From NCBI GenBank assembly GCA_963827235.1, contig CAWHAE010000017.1, positions 64,001 through 128,000 on the forward strand: a stretch of 64,000 bases of DNA, given 5' to 3'. The notes beneath the pieces were generated by a model. The model saw only the letters and a program-made list of their open reading frames with translations, was not told where the DNA came from and searched no databases. The position numbers and the translations under genes were made by a program. Position 1 is the first letter of the stretch, and the number at the start of each line of letters is the position of its first letter. Of this stretch, positions 63,459 to 64,000 are shown one piece after another. Source of the DNA: an uncultured bacterium. GTDB taxonomy: Bacteria > Chloroflexota > UBA5177 > JANWHV01.

Positions 63459-63561
63459 TTATGAAGCTCACACTATACATCCGAATTGTAGTGCATTCTC
63501 CCATCTATAGAAAGAGGATGTTTTACTGTTTGTTGACATTCGTTCGAGACGCGCCCATAGT
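63459..63561 (+). promoter_or_regulatory. Conserved regulon promoter module, copy P12
   Basis: Distal TTATGAAGCTCA (63459); proximal TAGA-AAGAGGATGTTTTACTGT; TTGACA 63533; 17 nt ending GCC; CATAGT 63556. Confidence 0.8.
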
Positions 63562-63715
63562 ATGGAAGAGGCGCCCATCTCACGAAGCGCGAGGCAAGCC
63601 GCCCAACCGGAACACGCGTTCGCTCCGCGTGCGACGGCAGGATTCGCCCCTCGCCATCGGGAACCCTTCCGAGCGCGCGTCCGTATGTCGACAACCTGTT
63701 CAGTGAGCTCTGCCT

Positions 63716-63780
63716 TGGGAGCCGGAGGCAAACGCTCGAGATTGCATGCACCGAGGAAGCTCGACTGCTGCTGCACACCG
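63716..63780 (+). pseudogene. DUF5335-like C-terminal remnant
   Basis: GGGAGCCGG..ACGCTCGAGATT..ACTGCTGCTGCAC is similar to 45355-45416, in the same position before a DUF2171 paralog. Confidence 0.5.
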
Positions 63781-63854
63781 CAGGGTAGCCATCCGAGGTG
63801 AAGGTGCGCCACGAGCCGGTGAGAGTACCGCGGGTGCATACTGGAGAATCTACC

Positions 63855-64000
63855 ATGGCCATGACACAAGAGGCGGTCTCCGACCACGTCAACCATCTGA
63901 TCGCGCACGGGCAACGGGTCTACGATTGTGACGGCAACAAGATTGGATCCGTGGCACTCCACGACATCCAGATGGGATGGATGACCGTGGACAAGGGTCC
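63855..64000 (+). CDS. DUF2171/PRC-barrel-like protein, N-terminus (runs off window)
   Basis: LIAHGQRVYDCDGNKIGSV...MGWMTVDKG, paralog of 45531. Confidence 0.8.
   Translation, partial: MAMTQEAVSDHVNHLIAHGQRVYDCDGNKIGSVALHDIQMGWMTVDKG

Noticed and set aside
10086-63561. Promoter modules as MITEs/REP elements
   Set aside because: No terminal inverted repeats or target duplications. Conservation is limited to boxes at fixed spacing, and orientation follows the downstream gene.
1-64000. CRISPR array, rRNA, tRNA, intact integrase or transposase
   Set aside because: No regularly spaced repeat-spacer array, recognisable structural RNA or complete mobility gene seen by eye; Infernal/tRNAscan was not run.

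Overview
GC-rich (Chloroflexota-like by gene content; inference) accessory region that reads as a stress/dormancy island. It carries dnaK-cbpA-cbpM, Hsp20, a USP fragment, BON, SPFH, seven PRC-barrel/DUF2171-type genes, a LEA-like protein, Zn-ADH, a CDGSH protein, glgB and glgP, an ackA'-xfp-fba-manA-PMM-GH130-H+ATPase-ppk2' operon, and a MerR-PAS-kinase/KaiC-like ATPase/receiver module. It also holds many truncated gene fragments and IS21, IS630 and ISKra4-like remnants. The strongest non-obvious signal is non-coding: 12 dispersed copies, on both strands, of a ~103-bp promoter module with fixed geometry. Each has a distal TGAG-N4-YTCA-like box starting 74 nt (73 in one copy) upstream of the -35, a proximal AT-rich box abutting the -35, TTGACN, a 17-nt spacer usually ending in GCC, and a CATACT-type -10. 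Each copy points into a stress, storage or hypothetical gene. This suggests an undescribed DosR-analogous regulon whose regulator is not evident in the window. Family names come from motif recognition by eye, not from database searches. Several frameshifts may be sequencing errors.
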